Source: Chloropicon primus
Taxonomy: Eukaryota
Length of the DNA stretch: 64,000 nt
Direction of reading: 5' to 3'
Assembly: GCA_023205875.1 (NCBI GenBank)
Contig: CP060755.1
Location: 1,054,001-1,118,000 of the forward strand
Shown: piece by piece, positions 60,096-64,000 of the stretch
Numbering within the stretch: the stretch's first letter is position 1
Layout: every line of letters starts with the position of its first letter
Translations under genes and position numbers: made by a program
Notes under the pieces: generated by a model
What the model was told of the DNA's origin: nothing
Databases searched by the model: none
Seen by the model: only the letters and a program-made list of their open reading frames with translations

Positions 60096-63000
60096 TTAGA
60101 TCTTGTGGATTATTTTCACATCGAGGCCGTGGAGCTGGCTGTTGTACCTCTCGATCTCCTCGTTGTACCGCCTGGTCTCCTCCCTTTCTTTCTCCAAGAA
60201 GAGTTTGGCGTGCTCCTCAAAGTCAGGGTGCAGATCTCTGTGATCACCGAAACAGTCCACGAAGCTGGATCCGGTGAACCTGTACCCGTCTGGCAGCGGG
60301 TCCAGGGCGTGCTCCTTCTTGATGATCTCCTTTTCTGACGCCTTGAGGTCCTTGGGCTCCCTCAGGCCCTTCGTCACCCTTTTCTCTTGTACACATTTTG
60401 AAATAAGTCGCTTGGCGTATTCTTCCGTAATGTTCACCCCCACGAAGACCCACTGGACTTCAGGCGAAGTCGCGGGGCTGCAAACCCTCTCCGAGTTACT
60501 CTTCGTGATCCTCACCTGCTTGCCGAAGACGGAGAGCTCCTTGGGAGAGTTGCTGTGCGGGCAAGTGAAAACGGCCTTCGCCCACAGCAGCGCTGCCTTC
60601 TTTTCTCCCAGGTCGTCCTGGAGGGACGGGGCAGCTCCCAAAACACCCGCGGACTTGTCCAGTTCCTGTTGGAGCACCTTTTTGAGACCCTCCTCGTCCT
60701 CGAGGATGGTGCACATTGTGCGGGCGAAAATCACCTCGTGGCCCGCTGAGCTCGACATCGAAGAAGCCTCCGAGGTCGCTGGAGTCTCCAGGAGGGGCTT
60801 GATCAATCCATCTCCAGCAACACCTTCCGAGTTTACGAGCTTTGCGCCGGGCAGTCTTGCCCTCAAGATTCGGCGCAGACTAGGGGCCTGGTCCTCGTCT
60901 CCGAAGATCGCCACCGTCTGGACGAGGTCCCCGGAGAGCTGCTCGAACAAACCTTCGCAGAAGAGACTCCTTCCGTCCCTGACAAAGTTCTGCGTGTGGA
61001 CGCAGGCGACGACGCTGTGCACGTGACAAGCACCGGACTGCAAGTGCTCTGTGCGCGACAGCAAGTCCAGGTAAAAGGAGGCGCCGCGGAAGCCTGGGCA
61101 TGGCAGCAAGAGTCCCTTCCTCTTGCCGCTGTCGCCCTTGCGCACCGAAAGGGCTTCCCCCAACTTGTCCTCCTGCGGACCTGCCAACAAGGTGGAAGGA
61201 TCTTGCTTCACCAAGGTCCAGTCGTACTCTTGGCTTGCCTTCTTGACGAGGAGGCCGGCGAGTGCTTCGTGCCCTGAGCCAGGAATTCCCACCAGCAGAA
61301 CCAGCGGAATGGAATCCTTGCCGCGCACCGCCATCGGACTTGTCGGCGTCTCTCTCACCTTGGTGTCCAGGTGGAAGGCCAAGTCTTCGCAACCCTGGTC
61401 AGGGAGCATGAGGGCAGGGTAATCCTTGCCTCTCAGGGAGCACGTGTACTGGTGCAACTCCCACAACTCCTCGGCGAAGCTGCTCTGCTTGGCCACTTTT
61501 TGTGGCAAGATCTCCATCCAGAGGGGCCACACCCTCTGATTGAAGTAGCGAAGTGCCGATGGCTCCAGGGTCGAAAGCGGCAGACCGATGGTGTTGTCCT
61601 CACGCTCAAAGCCCGTGAGGCTCGCGTCCTGGAGCTCGAAGAGGAGGATAGCCTTGTTCTGATCAGGGGCAAACCTTTCGAAGGATTTAACGTCCTTCTC
61701 CAGATTCACGACTATGGGCAAGCAGTTCGGACTGAAGAAGGCGAATCCCTTCTGGAACAAAAAGATTTCCCCCGAGATGGAGTGCTGGTACCTGTTCGGC
61801 GCGAGGACCGTGAATTGCTCGGACCCGTCAACGACAAGCTCCCCGAGGTAGGACGTGACCTCGTTCCTGGAACTCTCGGAGGACGATATCATCGAATCGT
61901 CGCTGATCTTCTTCAGCATCTTGGACATGTACTTTTGAATGATCATCTCGGCCTGGAGCGTCGGCCAGCTCTGCACGAGCGGAACCGCAGAAGAGAGGAC
62001 TTCGTAGTTTCTGACGCTCGCGGGGGAGTCAAGGAAAGTCTCTCCGTAGGCAATCGATCCCAAGAGCGCCTCGTCGCTTCCCTGGCTCTTCAGACCGCTC
62101 GTGGACATTTTGAACCTCTTCAACCTCTTCGAACCAACTTTGGGGGGGAAGACGTTTCCTGCGATGTCAACCTCCTCCAAGTGGAATTTGAGAGGCAAAG
62201 GCTTCACCTTTCTGGCGGCGAGAGCGTTGGCGAAGGTCTTGCTAGCCACGTCCTCCACGTCCTCGAAGCTGGCGTTCGAGCTGGTCGAGAAGAACTCCAT
62301 GGCAGCCGCCCCGGCGTCGATCAAGCACGCGTAAGCACGGTAGAGGTAGAGCACGTCCGACGGACTCCAGCGATTCTTGATCCCCTGAAAGTCGTCGATT
62401 TCGTACAGGTCCTCGTCCGTTGGATAAAACCCGCCCTCGCGAAGCCTCGCACTCGACAGGAAGTAAGTCCTCGCGCAGGCGAGGACAGTCTTTGGGTCCG
62501 CGAGCTCCAGGATGAAGTGAAGCGGTGGCTCCTCGCCGGGCTGGCGCAGTGGCAGGCTCTCGTCCTTGGTGCTGTCGAGTTTGCTGGTGTGGTGACCCGC
62601 AAGCAGCCTCGGCCTGAACAAAGAAGGGATCCGCGTGTCCCCCTTGCGGGCGATCCCGCAGCTGTAATAATCGGCAAAAGGCTCCAAGAGATCAGACTCC
62701 TCCAACTCCACGAGGTTGTGCAAGCTCTCTCTGTCGAGGAGGGACATCACCTCCGAGAAGTGCTTGGTGAACATGTAAAGTGTGCCGCGAGCCATCCTTG
62801 TGAATGCCTGGCCGTCGAGTTGGTGGTAGACTCTCTGAATACTTTCGAAGAGAGACTGCGTCTTGAAGTTCATGGTGAAAAATCCAGACCTTCCCACCCC
62901 CTCGATACCGTAGGACTGGATGAGCGGCCAGCTCTCTACGTTCATGTCTTTGCAGGGCAAGCCGACTACGCGAAGGTCTTTCACCATCTGGACAAAGCTG

Positions 63001-63377
63001 CCTATTTTGTACTCCTCGAGGATGTCCGTGTCCTGCTCTTCCGCTTCGTGTGGCTTGAAGATCTGGGAGTGCTCTATCCCGCAAGCCAGGAGATCCACGA
63101 TGCTGTCGTGGGCTCGAGTTGGGCAGTAGCATCTGAAGCTGTCCCGCGTCACGAGAAACACGACGTCTTCCAAGTCGTGCCCCACCATGGAAGTCTCGAA
63201 GACCTCGTGCCCGCTCTTTCCCTCGAGCAAGTAGGAGAGGGCCTGGGCCGTCGCCTTGTCGAAGTTCCCATCTATCCCCGCCACAAGGAGAAGCCCGTCT
63301 ACTTTCGACTGAGTAACCACCTCCTGCAGGACTCTCAGCCGGTGGAGGCCTCCCTTACCCGTCCTCCCCCCCCTCAT
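60096..63377 (-). CDS. DNAAF9: Dynein axonemal assembly factor 9 / Shulin (C20orf194)-like, ~1093 aa
   Basis: DGLLLVAGIDG, EEYKIGSFVQMV, VESWPLIQSYGIEGVGRSGFFTM, degenerate P-loop LLVGIPGSG, and C-terminal LPDGYRFTGSSFVDCFGD..HP...YNEEI, matching recalled C20orf194 motifs. Confidence 0.82.
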   Translation of the reverse strand: MRGGRTGKGGLHRLRVLQEVVTQSKVDGLLLVAGIDGNFDKATAQALSYLLEGKSGHEVFETSMVGHDLEDVVFLVTRDSFRCYCPTRAHDSIVDLLACGIEHSQIFKPHEAEEQDTDILEEYKIGSFVQMVKDLRVVGLPCKDMNVESWPLIQSYGIEGVGRSGFFTMNFKTQSLFESIQRVYHQLDGQAFTRMARGTLYMFTKHFSEVMSLLDRESLHNLVELEESDLLEPFADYYSCGIARKGDTRIPSLFRPRLLAGHHTSKLDSTKDESLPLRQPGEEPPLHFILELADPKTVLACARTYFLSSARLREGGFYPTDEDLYEIDDFQGIKNRWSPSDVLYLYRAYACLIDAGAAAMEFFSTSSNASFEDVEDVASKTFANALAARKVKPLPLKFHLEEVDIAGNVFPPKVGSKRLKRFKMSTSGLKSQGSDEALLGSIAYGETFLDSPASVRNYEVLSSAVPLVQSWPTLQAEMIIQKYMSKMLKKISDDSMISSSESSRNEVTSYLGELVVDGSEQFTVLAPNRYQHSISGEIFLFQKGFAFFSPNCLPIVVNLEKDVKSFERFAPDQNKAILLFELQDASLTGFEREDNTIGLPLSTLEPSALRYFNQRVWPLWMEILPQKVAKQSSFAEELWELHQYTCSLRGKDYPALMLPDQGCEDLAFHLDTKVRETPTSPMAVRGKDSIPLVLLVGIPGSGHEALAGLLVKKASQEYDWTLVKQDPSTLLAGPQEDKLGEALSVRKGDSGKRKGLLLPCPGFRGASFYLDLLSRTEHLQSGACHVHSVVACVHTQNFVRDGRSLFCEGLFEQLSGDLVQTVAIFGDEDQAPSLRRILRARLPGAKLVNSEGVAGDGLIKPLLETPATSEASSMSSSAGHEVIFARTMCTILEDEEGLKKVLQQELDKSAGVLGAAPSLQDDLGEKKAALLWAKAVFTCPHSNSPKELSVFGKQVRITKSNSERVCSPATSPEVQWVFVGVNITEEYAKRLISKCVQEKRVTKGLREPKDLKASEKEIIKKEHALDPLPDGYRFTGSSFVDCFGDHRDLHPDFEEHAKLFLEKEREETRRYNEEIERYNSQLHGLDVKIIHKI

Positions 63378-63466
63378 CCTTCTCCTCCTCGTTTCCCTTT
63401 CCTTCTCAAGCCGCGCCCCTTGGCCTTTCGCCAGACCCGCCGTGTTTCCTTCGACCACTCGCTGAA

Positions 63467-63547
63467 ACGAAGATACGGACGAAGATACGGACGAAGATAC
63501 GATCTCGTGCCCCCACCTCGCGTCCTCCACCTCGCGTCCTCCACCTC
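63467..63547. repeat. Two short tandem arrays in a divergent promoter: ACGAAGATACGG ~x3 (63467-63501) and CCACCTCGCGTCCT ~x2.5 (63513-63547)
   Basis: Read directly. Confidence 0.9.
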
Positions 63548-63715
63548 CCCTTTTCGCGCGTCTCTCTCTCTCTCTCTCCAGTCCCCTCGCTCCTGTCTGT
63601 CGATTTGAAACCACCTTTACGATAACTTTGGTACCTCATTATCTTTAATAGTTCGTCGTTATCATTCTTCTGCTTCGCTGGCCTTGGCTTGGGAAGGGCA
63701 AGAGGAAGAGAGGTG

Positions 63716-64000
63716 ATGGCGATGGATGCCGCGACAGAGACGCTCCTGGAGGCGAAGCGGGAGCTGGAGAAGCTCCTGAAGGAGACCGAGCAATGTCTGA
63801 AGATCGTCAAGGACAAGGATGGGAAGGAGGTGGGGGAGTGTCTCGACAAGACCGTCAAACCCTGGGCGAAATCCTTGGTCTCGTTTTGCAACGAGCAAAA
63901 GAAGGCTGCGGAGGGTGTTCTGAGTTTGGAGGCACCGCCGATGCCCAAGCAGGTGATCGACGAAAGCAAAGAGGAAGCCAAGGGGGAAGACAAAGCGACC
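63716..64000 (+). CDS. Unknown helical/coiled-coil protein, 3'-partial
   Basis: ATG GCG ATG GAT... stays open to the window end (MAMDAATETLLEAKRELEKLLKETEQCL...), with GC3-rich codon usage like the neighbouring genes. Confidence 0.65.
   Translation, partial: MAMDAATETLLEAKRELEKLLKETEQCLKIVKDKDGKEVGECLDKTVKPWAKSLVSFCNEQKKAAEGVLSLEAPPMPKQVIDESKEEAKGEDKAT

Noticed and set aside
63467..63547. Short direct repeats considered as a CRISPR-like array (also 39247-39288)
   Set aside because: Head-to-tail units without spacers, no cas genes, eukaryotic context.
61371..63608. 745-aa plus-strand ORF antisense to DNAAF9
   Set aside because: Shadow ORF in codon register with a GC3-biased gene; no recognisable motifs.

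Overview
Gene-dense, GC-rich eukaryotic nuclear DNA with about 36 protein-coding genes, short GT-AG introns (CTRAC branch points), very short intergenic spacers and TGTAA poly(A)-signal-like pentamers. Plastid-related genes (LPA1, VTE3, ycf45) together with these features point to a compact-genome chlorophyte picoalga. A Chloropicon-like identity is inferred, not proven. Content: trafficking (GBF1/GNOM and BIG ARF-GEFs, COG5, GRAM/VASt, SAC9, ABCA), splicing (CWC2, PRP17), cell cycle (CDC20), metabolism (PIG-Q, VTE3, PurN, polyprenol reductase, HINT1), and centriole/cilium genes (MORN3, CEP120, DNAAF9/Shulin). Most notable: (1) a small SIAMESE-RELATED-like CDK-inhibitor ORF whose stop overlaps the PIG-Q start (ATGA), suggesting a translationally coupled bicistronic mRNA; (2) a second SMR-like gene just upstream of CDC20; (3) three tandem perfect splice donors at the CDC20 IR-tail stop; (4) a 4-exon small membrane-protein gene absent from the ORF track; (5) an unrecognised Cys/Trp-repeat membrane protein; (6) two GT29 enzymes with non-canonical VS motifs, one fused to EGF repeats. 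No rRNA, tRNA, CRISPR array or transposon was recognised. Exon boundaries were read by eye and family calls come from motif recognition; no database searches were run.
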